From assembly GCA_964016885.1 (NCBI GenBank), contig OZ024741.1, forward strand, positions 214,830,001 through 214,894,000: DNA of 64,000 bases. The letters run 5' to 3'. The translations under genes were made by a program, and so were the position numbers. Under the pieces are notes generated by a model, which searched no databases, had not been told where the DNA came from, and was given only the letters and a program-made list of their open reading frames with translations. Numbering within the stretch: position 1 is the stretch's first letter; every line of letters begins with the position of its first letter. The DNA comes from Eledone cirrhosa (Eukaryota). Below are positions 11,890-25,740 of this stretch, one piece after another.

Positions 11890-12992
11890 GTCATAGTCAT
11901 GATTGTTGTTGTTATTGTTGATGTCCCTCCCTCCCAGCCCTACCACCACCACCACCACCATCTCTAAGACACCTTATTGTTGTTGTTGTTGTTCTTATTG
12001 TTAATAACCCTCCCACCCAGCCCCACCACCACTCAATCATCACTAAAACACCTTATTGTTGTTGTTGTTGTTGTTGTTGAAGTCCCTCCCCCCAGCCCCA
12101 CCACCACACCACCATCTCTAAAACACTTTATTATTGTTGTTGTTGTTGTCGTTGATGTCCCTCCCCCAGCCCCACCACCACAACACCATCTCTAAAACAC
12201 TTTATTATTGTTGTTTTTGTTGTTGATGTCCCTCCCCCAGCCCCACCACCACACCACCATCTCTAAATCACCTTATTGTTGTTGTTGTTGTTGATGTCCC
12301 TCCCCCAGCCCCACCACCACGCCACCATCTCTAAAACCCTTTATTATTGTTGTTGTTGTTGTTGATGTCCCAGCCCCACCACCACACCACCATCTCTAAA
12401 TCACCTTATTGTTGTTGTTGTTGTTGTTGTTGATGTCCCTCCCCCAGCCCCACCACCACACCACCATCTCTAAATCACCTTATTGTTGTTGTTGTTGTTG
12501 TTGTTGTTGATGTCCCTCCCCAGCCCCACCACCACACCACCATCTCTAAACACCTTATTGTTGTTGTTGTTGTTATTGATGTCCCTCCCCCCAGCCCCAC
12601 CACCACACCACCATCTCTAAACACCTTATTGTTGTTGTTGTTGTTGTTGTTGATGTCCCTCCCCCCAGCCCCACCACCACACCACCATCTCTAAAGCACC
12701 TTATTGTTGTTGTTGTTGTTGTTGTTGTCACTCCCCCCAGCCCCACCACCACACCACCATCTCTAAAACACCTTATTGTTGTTGTTGTTGTTGTTGTTGA
12801 TGTCCCTCCCCCCAGCCCCACCACCACACCAACATCTCTAAAAAACTTTATTATTGTTGTTGTTGTTGTTGTTGTCCCTCCCCCCAGCCCCACCACCACA
12901 CCACCATCTCTAAAACACCTTATTGTTGTTGTTGTTGTTGTTGTTGTCCCTCCCCCCAGCCCCACCACCACACCACCATCTCTAAAACACCT
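11890..12992. repeat. Minisatellite, ~60-bp unit containing a variable (GTT)n tract, ~18 copies
   Basis: Unit CCTTATT(GTT)nGATGTCCCTCCCCCAGCCCCACCACCACACCACCATCTCTAAAACA. Confidence 0.95.
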
Positions 12993-13194
12993 TTAAAAAT
13001 TCCTTCCTTATCTCTTTCCCTCCTTCCACCACTCTACCGTCTCTCTTTCTTTCTTTTTTTCTTTCTGTCAATCTTTCTTTCTGTCATTCCTTCTTTCTTT
13101 CTTTCTTTCTTTCTGTCATTCTTTCTTTCGTTCGTTCTTTCGTTCATTCGTTCTTTCTTTCTTTTCTACACTTCATCAACATTCCATGTTTGCC

Positions 13195-13313
<119 letters not shown>

Positions 13314-13514
13314 CTCTCTCTCTTTCTCTATCTGTCGCTCTAAGGCTCTCTCTAATTTCTCGTGACACACACACATACATATATGCATGCATATAGACGC
13401 ACACATACATATATACATACATACACACTTACACACATACATACATGAATACATACATATAGACGCATGCATACATATATGATATATACAACCATACACA
13501 CAAACAGACACATA

Positions 13515-13570
13515 CCTTCCATGTATGTATGTGTACGTACATACATATATGTATACATACGTACAGTAGC

Positions 13571-13643
<73 letters not shown>

Positions 13644-13838
13644 CAGGTACACATATATATGTACGTATCAGTTTAGCGAACATTTATTATAACGTTCGCT
13701 TTGTCCGTTTGTAAACAAACGGACAGCCTGATTTATGCCGTACGGTGTTAAGGCAACCACGTCACCTTTTTGTTCAACACTAAGTAAGTGCCGTACTAAG
13801 AGTGAGAAATGAAATTTCGTTTCATTCTATTCCAATTT
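13515..13838. repeat. Diverged, internally inverted copy of family W
   Basis: 13675-13780 matches the reverse complement of 31010-31098. GCCGTACTAAGAGTG.GAAATGAAATTTCGTTTCAT then follows in forward orientation, as at 30790. Confidence 0.7.
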
Positions 13839-14008
13839 ATATATATATATATATATGTTTGTGTGTTTGTGTGTGTTTACATGTGTGTGTATACATATAT
13901 ATATATAACCTGTTAGTTCTTTCGTTTCTTTGGTATTGTGTGGTTGGATTTTGCCTACCGCAATGTTGAATTTGTCAAGCTATTTAAACGTATGTTATTA
14001 CTCTAAGG

Positions 14009-14345
14009 ACGGTGGATTGGACACCATGCTTTGAAGCATAGAGTTACGTCCCTTTATGATCTGAGTTCAAATCCCGCCGAAATTAACTTTGTCTTTCATC
14101 CTTACAGGGTCGATAAAATAAAGTACCAGTCACGCACTGGGGTCGATTTAATCGACTTCACCCTCCACCCAAGTATAGGTAGAGAGTCGGACACCATGCT
14201 TTGAAGCATAGAGTTACGTCCCTTTATGATCTGAGTTCAAATCCCGCCGAAATTAACTTTGCATTTCATCCTTACGGGGTCGATAAAATAAAGTACCAGT
14301 AATGTACTGGGTAATTGCTGGCCTTGTGCCTAAAATAGAAACAAT
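14009..14345 (+). mobile_element. Two tandem tRNA-derived SINEs with a Meta-like central domain
   Basis: GAGTTCAAATCCCGCCGA (B-box-like) followed by TTAACTTTG.CTTTCATCCTTACGGGGTCGATAAAATAAAGTACCAGT; more than 10 copies in the window. Confidence 0.75.
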
Positions 14346-14523
14346 TATTACTCTAAGGACCTACCCTAATTAAGAGCTTTGCTAACTCATTCCTATTGTA
14401 GGTCGACTTTGCTTGGCCACAGACAAAGCTTCGATTTTACTATATATATACATACATACGTACACACACACACACACATATATATATATATGTGTGTATG
14501 TGTGTGTATGCATGTATATATAT

Positions 14524-14897
14524 CTAGGGCGGGTAAAATTCCCGAGATCCATGGACGAGTTCTCTCCAGCGGTCTCTGTCCCTCATCATCGCCGCCATGT
14601 CCTGCGTCTCCAAGAAACCAGTGTCTGTCCTTAGGGCATCAACATATGTCAACCTCGGTATCCCTCTTCTAGTGTGTCCATGCAGGGGCTCCCACAGAAT
14701 CATTGAGTGAAGTGTCAGCTCTGGATGTCGGTCAGCATGTCCAGCTAACCTCAGTTTCCTCTGAGCCACTCTCGAGCTGACTTTTGGGAGGCTCCCATAC
14801 AGCTCTGAGTTCTTCAGCCTCAGTGTATACTGATTAATGTTCAGAGCCATCCCCAGCATTCTCGTGTAGCACCCATCCACCATCTGAGTGAGTTTCT
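14524..14897 (-). mobile_element. 5'-truncated copy of the RTE LINE at 48996-52283
   Basis: [13 protein letters not shown]...[14 protein letters not shown] is nearly identical to the C-terminus of ORF 48996-50969; flanked by (TA)n. Confidence 0.9.
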
Positions 14898-15153
14898 TGT
14901 ATATATATGCATATTCATACATATATGTATATGTATGAATATGCATATGTAAGTCTATTTGTCTCACCATTTCTGCCAAATGCAGTCACCACCTCCCCCT
15001 CTCTCTCCCGTCATCTCTCCACTCTCTCCTTCTCTCACTGTGTCTCCCCCTCTTTCTCTACATTTCTAACACCACTCCCCCATATATAGAAACATAATAT
15101 ATCTCTATATATTTAATGTATGTACAATATATATATATTATATATATGTATAT

Positions 15154-15344
15154 AATTGTTTCTACTTTTGGCACAAGGCCAGCAATTAACCCAGTGTATT
15201 TCTGTAACTTTATTTTATCGACCCCGTAAGGATGAAAGGCAAAGTTAACCTCGGCGCGATTTGAACTCAGACCATAAAGGGCCGTAACTCTTTACTGCAA
15301 AGCATGGCGTCCGACCCTCTACCGATACTGCCAATCCACCGCCC
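15154..15344 (-). mobile_element. Meta-like SINE
   Basis: Reverse complement of the family at 17537-17722 and 62881-63090. Confidence 0.75.
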
Positions 15345-15487
15345 TATATATATATATAATAAAATAAATATGGTTTTGTTAATATTATTGATATATATAT
15401 GTATATATATCATTATATATACATGTATATATATATATATATGTACGTATGTATATTTATATATGTACGTATGTATATATATATATA

Positions 15488-15536
<49 letters not shown>

Positions 15537-15545
<9 letters not shown>

Positions 15546-15959
15546 GAGATCAAAAGATGGTTAAAAGAGTTCCATGTATTTTATTATGGGCATTTCAAAA
15601 ACAAATATCATCATGCAATAATATTTGTGTTTTCATCAGATAAAATAGGAAGACATGATATGAAGGTTAAAAAACTCTTGTGGATAGTGCAGTTTTAAAT
15701 CAACATATCTTGATTTAAAACTGCACTATCCACAAGTGTTTTTTAACCTTCATATCATGTCTTCCTATTTTATCTGATGAAAACACAAATATTATTGCAT
15801 GATGATATTTGTTTTTGAAATGCGCATAATAAAATACATGGAACTCTTTTAACCATCTTTTGATCTTATATATTATGTATACTCCAGTCCTAGAAACTGT
15901 AGAGTGCTTCTTATCCGATATCTGCATTGCTTTATTGTACTACAACAAAACTCACCTCC

Positions 15960-16040
<81 letters not shown>

Positions 16041-16172
16041 GTGTGTGTGTGTGAGAGGTGAGTTTTATTGTAGCACAATAAAGCAATGCAAATATCGGAT
16101 AAGTAGCACTCTACAGTTTGTAGGACTGGAGTATAAATAATATAAGATCAAAAGATGGTTAAAAGAGTTCCA
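15537..16172. mobile_element. Family X foldback (15537-15703 / 15710-15876) plus tail, then an inverted tail copy across a microsatellite (16035-16172)
   Basis: Imperfect palindrome with loop CATATC. HHR motifs at 15579-15645 (-, stem III mutated) and 15768-15834 (+, intact). Confidence 0.9.
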
Positions 16173-16235
16173 TCGCGGTCGAATTTATCGTGACGATGGA
16201 CTCTTTACTATCTTAAATTGCAACTTAGTTAACCT

Positions 16236-16291
<56 letters not shown>

Positions 16292-16461
16292 TAATAAAAA
16301 CAATGAACAAAACAAAGAAACAGTTCCTTATATTAAAAATTTCATCATTTTACGATCGCTTCTAGGATATATATGTGTGTGTTGGTATGTATATCATATA
16401 GATCTATGTAAACATTTTATAAACTATCAGAGGGAATGTACATACCTACGCATATACGGTC

Positions 16462-16547
<86 letters not shown>

Positions 16548-16651
16548 TTATATATATAAAAACTTGAAAGAAGTAGGTGAAGTTATATGTATTTATACAT
16601 ATATATATACATATGTGTGTGTATCTGTGCGTATGTGAAAGAGAGAGAGAG

Positions 16652-16743
<92 letters not shown>

Positions 16744-17043
16744 TGTGTGTGTGTGTGAGTGTATATAAATGAATCACAGTTTAGGAATTTTAGCAATGTG
16801 CCATTTGTGGCACCAAAGAATCGCCGACTTGTGATGTTGTCACTTCTTGGAGGAGGCAAAATAATATGTGATAGCCACTAAGACATTTTAGCTGTTGTTC
16901 TTGTCGTTGTTGTTGCTGTTGCTGTTGTTGTCGTGGTGGTGGTGGAGGTGGTGGTTGAGGTGTTGGTGGTGGTTGTATTTTATATTGTTGTTGCGAATTT
17001 TGCTTTTGTTTTTATCATGTATTAACACATCATTATTATCGAT

Positions 17044-17081
<38 letters not shown>

Positions 17082-17536
17082 GATTATCATCATCATCATC
17101 ACTATCATCGTCATTAATATCAACATCCCCATCATGGTCAACATCAACATCACCGTCATTGTCGTCTTTATCCTCATTACCATCATTAATATTAGAGGTT
17201 AGCGTTGTTTTACATCCTTACGGGGTCGATAAAATATAGTACCAGTAATGTACTGGGATAATTTTATCGATTTTCCCCTCTCTCAAAATTACTGGTCTTG
17301 TGCCTATAGTAAAAAACATTGTTTTCTTGGCATCTCAGTCATTGGAAAATGTGTTCAAATGAACATCAAACCGCTACCTGCAGCTTCAGATATTCAGGAC
17401 GTTTCGGAGGGTTCTTGCTGTTCTCAGGAAGTATGCCTATTGGTGTGTTCCAAAAAGGGGGGCTGGACTTATATTCTTTAACTATCCTTGAACACTCTTC
17501 TAGATAGTACCTAGTACTCCGTTATTATTAGTTATA

Positions 17537-17722
17537 GGGCGGTGAATTGGCAGTACCGGTTAGGGTCGGACGCTATGCTTTCTAGCATAGTTACGTCCCT
17601 TTACGGTCTGAGTTCAAATCCCGTCGAGGTTAACTTTGACTTTCATCCTTATGGGGTCGATAAAATAAAGTACCAGTAATACACTGTTAATTGCTGGCCT
17701 TGTGCCAAATGTAGAAACAATT
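17537..17722 (+). mobile_element. Meta-like SINE, full length
   Basis: GGGCGGTGAATTGGCAG head, B-box-like GAGTTCAAATCC, central domain, tail GCTGGCCTTGTGCC..TAGAAACAATT. Partial copies at ~17195-17320 and ~17735-17885. Confidence 0.75.
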
Positions 17723-18236
17723 ATTATTCATATTGTTTGAGTTCAAATACCGTCGATGTTAGCTTAGTATTTTTTTATCTTTACAGGGTCACTAAAATAA
17801 AGTACCAGTAACGCACTGGGACCAATTTAATCGACATTCTCCTCCCAAAAAATTATTGGCCTTGTGCCTGAAACAGAAAGCATTATTAATATTCTTTTCT
17901 AAGCTATTATTTACAACAATCGACCATTATTTTCTGTACCTGAAATTCTTATATCTTTTATGAATCTCGTAATTAGTCAACGCTCAGATAATTCGGTAAT
18001 TTGTATAAAATGCTGTTTATATTCAGTAATTGTTCGAATTAGTTCTTTAATTCGGAGGGAAATTGTAAATTTCCTTAGCTAAATTTTAGAGCACTCAGTC
18101 GGAATTTCAATGATAACAAGTTTGATATTCCTCGCAGCAACCGCTGGGCATACTTCGACCTTCTACGACTGTGTGTGTGTATATATATATTATTCAAAAT
18201 ATTAATAAATGAAGACGTTCACATGATCAAAATATG

Positions 18237-18298
18237 TTTTATTATATATATTTCGGAGGTACTGTGCTGTTTTTTCAGTACGTCCTCGTCAGATAAAA
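18237..18298 (-). ncRNA. Type I hammerhead ribozyme motif
   Basis: Minus strand: TTTTAT-CTGACGA-GGAC GTACTG(..)CAGTAC CTCC-GAA-ATATATAT-A^ATAAAA. All helices pair. Confidence 0.8.
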
Positions 18299-18403
18299 TA
18301 CATGAATTGATGTATGACATACCTCAAATGTCTTGATGGTTAAATTCCAGTATTGGCAGTATCTAACACCCCAGTGAGAAAATTTGATCCGAAGTTATTA
18401 GAA

Positions 18404-18491
18404 GTGTCCGACGAACCTGCAGATCCAGAATCAGACATATCCACACAATGATCCTGTCTCGAGCTGTCTGCCGGCGAAACAATTGTAACAC
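18404..18491 (+). ncRNA. Hammerhead-like motif with U4C core (family T)
   Basis: GTGT-CCGACGA-ACCTGCAGA..TCTGCCGGC-GAA-ACAATTGT-A^ACAC. The homologue at 60559-60647 also has CCGANGA. Confidence 0.55.
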
Positions 18492-18614
18492 ACAATAAAT
18501 TGAGTTCAGATGCATCACTGATTGTTCGTTTCATATTATATCACACTCTGCTCTGTAAGAACATAGAGTGCTCAACCGGCATACAGCCTATGGAAGCTTC
18601 TTAGCTACCATCAG

Positions 18615-18693
<79 letters not shown>

Positions 18694-18695
<2 letters not shown>

Positions 18696-19212
18696 ATAAA
18701 AGTATGTGTTCCTACATGTAAATAATACACATAGGGATACAAGTATAGTCCGACCGTATGCCAGTGTAGTTCAATGGCGAGTTAATAAATTAACAAGCCA
18801 GAACATATAAAATCAAGGGAAAGCAAATAAAGAAAAAATGTTTAAATAAATTTCAAATAATTCACTGTACTCACTATATGTGCCTTTACCGCGGTTTCAG
18901 ATCCCAAACAAATAGATAATTCAAGCGGATATCCATTGAGAAAGAGATCATCGTCAGAAGGCTTTTAATTCTCGGAGAATATAAAATTCCCGAGTTCAAA
19001 TTACAAACTGGCGCCATGCAAAACTGCCTCAGAATGAGAGTAAATGAATGATGAAACAATTTTGTCTAGAACCGTGTGCAAAGAAAAGACATAAACCAAG
19101 GTGGACAAGTCAATCTCTTGCTACTAAACATAGCAGCCGTTCAAATGACCAAAGGTTTCTCTACCGTTCGGGAGAATAATAATAAAAGTATGTGTGCCTA
19201 CATGTAAATAAT

Positions 19213-19216
<4 letters not shown>
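18694..19216 (-). mobile_element. HHR-bearing non-coding unit (486 bp) with a ~37-bp terminal direct repeat
   Basis: TAATAAAAGTATGTGT.CCTACATGTAAATAATACAC occurs at 18694 and 19180; the unit is flanked by microsatellites. Confidence 0.7.
18882..18962 (-). ncRNA. Type I hammerhead ribozyme motif
   Basis: Minus strand: GCCTT-CTGACGA-T GATCTC..GGGATC T-GAA-ACCGCGGT-A^AAGGC. Confidence 0.8.
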
Positions 19217-19254
<38 letters not shown>

Positions 19255-19297
19255 GTATATATATGTGTGTGTGTGTATTATTGTTATATTATTATAT

Positions 19298-19365
<68 letters not shown>

Positions 19366-19367
<2 letters not shown>

Positions 19368-19556
19368 GGAGGTGAGTTTTATTGTAGCACAATAAAGCAA
19401 TGTTGATTTAAAAGTTCACTATTCACAGGTGTTTTTTAAGCTTCATATCATGTATCCATATTTAACTGATGAAAACGCAGATATCATCCCATGATGATAT
19501 TTGTTTTTGAAATTCGCATAATAAAATACTTGGTACTCTTTTAATCATCTTTTGAT

Positions 19557-19560
<4 letters not shown>
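19366..19560. repeat. Family X copy (inverted tail, then HHR-bearing segment; HHR ~19461-19526, +)
   Basis: GGAGGTGAGTTTTATTGTAG (- orientation) is joined to TTGATTTAAAA..CTGATGA..GAAATTCGCATAATAAAA (+). Confidence 0.8.
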
Positions 19561-19604
<44 letters not shown>

Positions 19605-19642
19605 CGGAACAAGTAAACATTAAATACTCTAACCACTATGCC

Positions 19643-19704
<62 letters not shown>

Positions 19705-19777
19705 ATATGTATGTGTATACGTAAATATACATAAATATATATATATTAACATATATATATATACATATATATACATA

Positions 19778-19871
<94 letters not shown>

Positions 19872-20180
19872 ATACATATATATATATACATATATATATT
19901 GGTAAATGGAATAGAAAATGCTGACAAATTGTTTACAGTGAAAAATAGTTTAATTAGGAATAAGTGAGAATTAGTAATTGTATTGATTAGTATTCAGTTT
20001 TGGTTTTAAGTTTTACCGGTTGCGCATTTCTAATGCTTTTCAAAAATAATTTTGAGATAGAGCGTCCGTGATGTTTGCTCTGATCTGTATACATATATAT
20101 ATATATATATACATATATGTATATATATATATACATATATATATACGTATATGTATATATATATATATATACACACACAT

Positions 20181-20378
<198 letters not shown>

Positions 20379-20447
20379 CGGGATAGAGTGTTCGAAGCAG
20401 TTGTTGGGATTAAAGATGAATTCGGATTAGCAAGCTTTAAGTATATA

Positions 20448-21405
<958 letters not shown>

Positions 21406-22496
21406 CGTGTGTGAGTGTAAACACAAATATCAAAGCAAATGACACACCATAATGAAGAAATATATTAGTCTAACGTTGAAATAATTGGAAAGGTGTCTTA
21501 ACATTTCGACCATTAGTCCCGTATCAGGAGATAGAATGAGAAATAAAACATAAAATAGAAAGATAAAGTGCTAGAAGAGGTAGGGACAGAAAACAGTTGT
21601 GCGTTTTCTTCAACCATTTTCGATATTCCTGAGTAAGTCGTGTTTGAAAATACAAAATATATTTAAAGCAAGAATATTAATGGTTTTCCTATACATTTAA
21701 GATCGGAGAATAAGTTCCTGGAATCAACGCCACATATACCACCAATATATACAATTTCTGAAAGTTGTTTACTTAATAAAGTTAATTTATAATTAATTAT
21801 AATTTATAATTAATAGTTTCTGATTTTAGCACAAGGCCAACCATTTTTGGGGAGAGGAAAGTCGATTAAATCGATACCAGTACGTGACTGCTACTTTATT
21901 TTATCGACCCCGTAAGGATGAAAAGGAAAGCTAACCTCGGCAGGATTTAAACTCAGCCCATAAAAGGCAGGATTTAAACTCAGCCCATATGCTGCAAAGC
22001 AAGTTCTCCGATGCTCTACCGATGCTCTACCGATGCAGTCAACACGATAATTAATGAAATACAATGAAATTATATGTGAATATATTTAATTTAGATATTT
22101 ATAAATGAGCGAGACTCAGTCACCCGACCGAAAATCCCGACCAAGCCCATGCTAGCGTGGAAGATAGACGTTAATCGACAATGACGATGATGATGATCAT
22201 ATGTATACTTAGCATCTGAGGAAAATAGGATGTGTCTATATTTCTTTTGTCTGTCCATGTTACATGTACTCAGAATTTAATGAACACTGTATGACTGTCT
22301 ATGTGTGTAGGTGTGTGTGTGCGTGCGTGTGTGGGGGAGGGGGCGCACGCGTGTTTTTATGTGTATTCAGATCCAGACATGTAAATGAATACAAACGAAC
22401 ATACACACACACACACAGATACACAAACACAGATACACACACAGAGATACACACACACACATATATATATATGTATACATATATATATATATATAT

Positions 22497-22647
22497 GTAG
22501 GAGGTGAGTTTTATTGTAGTACAATAAAGCAATGCAGATATCGGATAAGAAGCACTCTACAGTTTGTAGGACTGGAGTATACATAATATATAAGATGAAA
22601 TGCGCATAATAAAATACATGGAACTCTTTTAACCATCTCTTGATCTG

Positions 22648-22655
<8 letters not shown>
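22497..22655. repeat. Family X short inverted-join copy
   Basis: Inverted tail followed by GAAATGCGCATAATAAAA..TTAACCATCTC in forward orientation. Confidence 0.8.
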
Positions 22656-22695
<40 letters not shown>

Positions 22696-22952
22696 GGAAA
22701 AATTTGAAGAGGGACAAAATAGAAAGGCAGTACAACGAATGTTTATTATATATATATATATGTGTGTGTTATAAATATATGTATATATGTTATAAATATA
22801 TGTATATCTATATGTATGGGTGTGTGTAAGTGTATATAAAGATAGATATAACTTGAAATGTATAAATCGCACATATTCACACACAGACACACACACAAAT
22901 ATATATAAGTATATATATAATATAAATATATATATATATGTATACTTACATG

Positions 22953-22986
<34 letters not shown>

Positions 22987-23085
22987 TTTACATGTATATA
23001 TATATACATATATACATATATACATATATACACACATGTAAATCTATATATATATGTATGTATATAGTATATATATATATATATG

Positions 23086-23130
<45 letters not shown>

Positions 23131-23234
23131 GCATACACACACACACATATATACATATATATATATATATACGTATATATACATACATATATACATACTT
23201 GTAAACCTATATATACATGAATGTATAATATATA

Positions 23235-23387
<153 letters not shown>

Positions 23388-23926
23388 GTATACACATACA
23401 AATTATATATGTGTCAGCACACAAAATATAAATCTGTGTTATTGTGTGTAAATAACAAAGTGACATGAAACATTAAGAATATATGTCAACATTTCTCTTA
23501 CAATGCAATATTTCGAGCAGTAATTCCTTTGAATATGAAAAGTTAAATAGCTCCCTAATATTATGTAGTCATGCATGTCAAAATATGTGCATTGTATATA
23601 CATTTAATATACGAATTCTTGGCAAGATCAGCCGGCTCCAAATTCTCAAATTCTTTATTTTTATTTCCCTAACTCTCTTCGTCTCTCTCTCTCTCTCTCT
23701 CTCTCACTCTCTCTCTCTCTCTCTCTGTCTCCTCTGTGTATATATGTATATCATTTTGTATATATATATATATATATATCATTCTTTATATATATATATA
23801 TTTATATATATATACATATATATACATACAACCACACACACAATGAAAGATACATACACCCAAATGTACACAGTTAAACACACACAAACCTTCACACACA
23901 CACACACACATACACACACACACACA

Positions 23927-23958
<32 letters not shown>

Positions 23959-23967
23959 TGTATATAT

Positions 23968-24103
23968 ATATTTAATATAGAAATGGCTTCTACAGGACTA
24001 GAACTGTTTCATTCGGGAGAAACCATCAGAAACCCAGGCTTCCTGATGATTTCTCCCGAATGAAACAGTTCTACTCCTGTAGAAGCCATTTATATATTAA
24101 ATA
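23968..24103. repeat. Foldback made of two back-to-back hammerhead motifs
   Basis: AATGGCTTCTACAGGA.TAGAACTGTTTCATTCGGGAGAAA.CATCAG is followed by its reverse complement. Confidence 0.85.
24037..24087 (+). ncRNA. Type I hammerhead ribozyme motif
   Basis: GGCTTC-CTGATGA-T TTC(TCCC)GAA T-GAA-ACAG(TTCTACTC)CTGT-A^GAAGCC: 6-bp stem I and a non-palindromic stem III. Confidence 0.8.
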
Positions 24104-24217
24104 TTTATACTCTGCTATGTATTCTGTACCTTAGTTACTGCGGTTACGCCCGATTGAACCCGGGATAAACTTATGTATATATATATAAGCATACATACAT
24201 TCACACACACACACACA

Positions 24218-24276
<59 letters not shown>

Positions 24277-25281
24277 TTATATATATATATATATATAGGA
24301 AAACAGATGAAATCGAAAATGCAACTGGAGTCTTATTTTAAAAATATATATATATATTTATTTGGTCCCTTTACCGGTTTTGCAGTTCTTCTGCTTTTCA
24401 AAAGTAGAGTTGAGATGGAGGGTCTGTGGTTTTTCTCACATAAATAATATGTATATATATATATATATTATATATATATATACCATAACCCACCATAGTA
24501 CTCAATACTTGGGATAGATAGTATATATATATATATATATATAAGCATAATTTCCTCTCTAGCTTGTGTGTTCATGTGCTCATTTCTTTATATATGTGTA
24601 TATACACTTTTGTATGAGTGTTTGTCAATCTGAATTCATTCCCTCCTGACTCCGATTATATAACGACTTCTAGCCACTAATGTGGAAATAATACGTTAAA
24701 CCAGCCCAGTTTAATATATATTTAAACATTAAATTATGAAACTCCATATCTTAGATGTTGCTTCAGACCACCCAGAAAAAAAGATTTAACAACTGAATTG
24801 CCATATGTTTGGTAAATGGAGTAAATATCTTCCTCAAAATTTTAATTCACAAATTTTTTTTCTATATCCTAGGATTGTAGGACCCAGGCGAATTAGCAGA
24901 GTCGTTAAGACGTCGGATAGAATGAATTACGGTATTCGGCCCACCTCATGGCACGCTCTGTGTTCAAATCATTTCGAGGTCGATAAAAAAGGTACCAGTC
25001 CAGTACTGGGGTCGATTTTTCCTCTACAGACCTAGAGAGGGTTGGGCTCCACTAGGTTTAAAGGTGCCATAGACACACCGTATGACTGTGCCTCTACAAC
25101 CCTACAAGGCTTTATGGCATCTTTATCCGTTATATGTATATGTATAAGAAATGTTAGCCTGATAGTGGGGTTTAGAACCCTCTAAGACAAGAAAAAAGAT
25201 GACTATCAGACTAAAATTTATTTAGTCAAAAGTACGGCAAAAGTACTCTCTCGCTGTTAAAAAAAAATAAACTTACGTATC

Positions 25282-25405
<124 letters not shown>

Positions 25406-25740
25406 ATTGTATGTATGTGCGAACGCTTGCGAATAAACAGAACGATTCGTAGACGAAAAATGTAATCAATTCGTAAAATACTGTTAATATGATCAATCAA
25501 ACCAGTTATAAAGAACTAAAAAATATAAATCGAAAGAAGTGAAGCAACGATTTTGTGATATATAGGAATGTAAATATATTACCATATATGGTCATGAGCC
25601 TTGACGCGTAAAATGGTTGTTGAGAATAAAGGTCAGACTAAAATTAGGCAACAGGGAATATCATCATATATTGTTAAAGTGATTATTCACCATTGCCAGA
25701 TATTTCAGGAAATATTTCCCCTACTCTCTATCTATCTATC

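Noticed and set aside
11890-12992. Regular repeat with variable intervening lengths resembling a CRISPR array
   Set aside because: The variable part is only (GTT)n length. There are no unique spacers or cas genes, and the context is eukaryotic.
25033-25187. Weak terminal inverted repeat (possible MITE)
   Set aside because: Single copy, poor arm match and no clear TSD.
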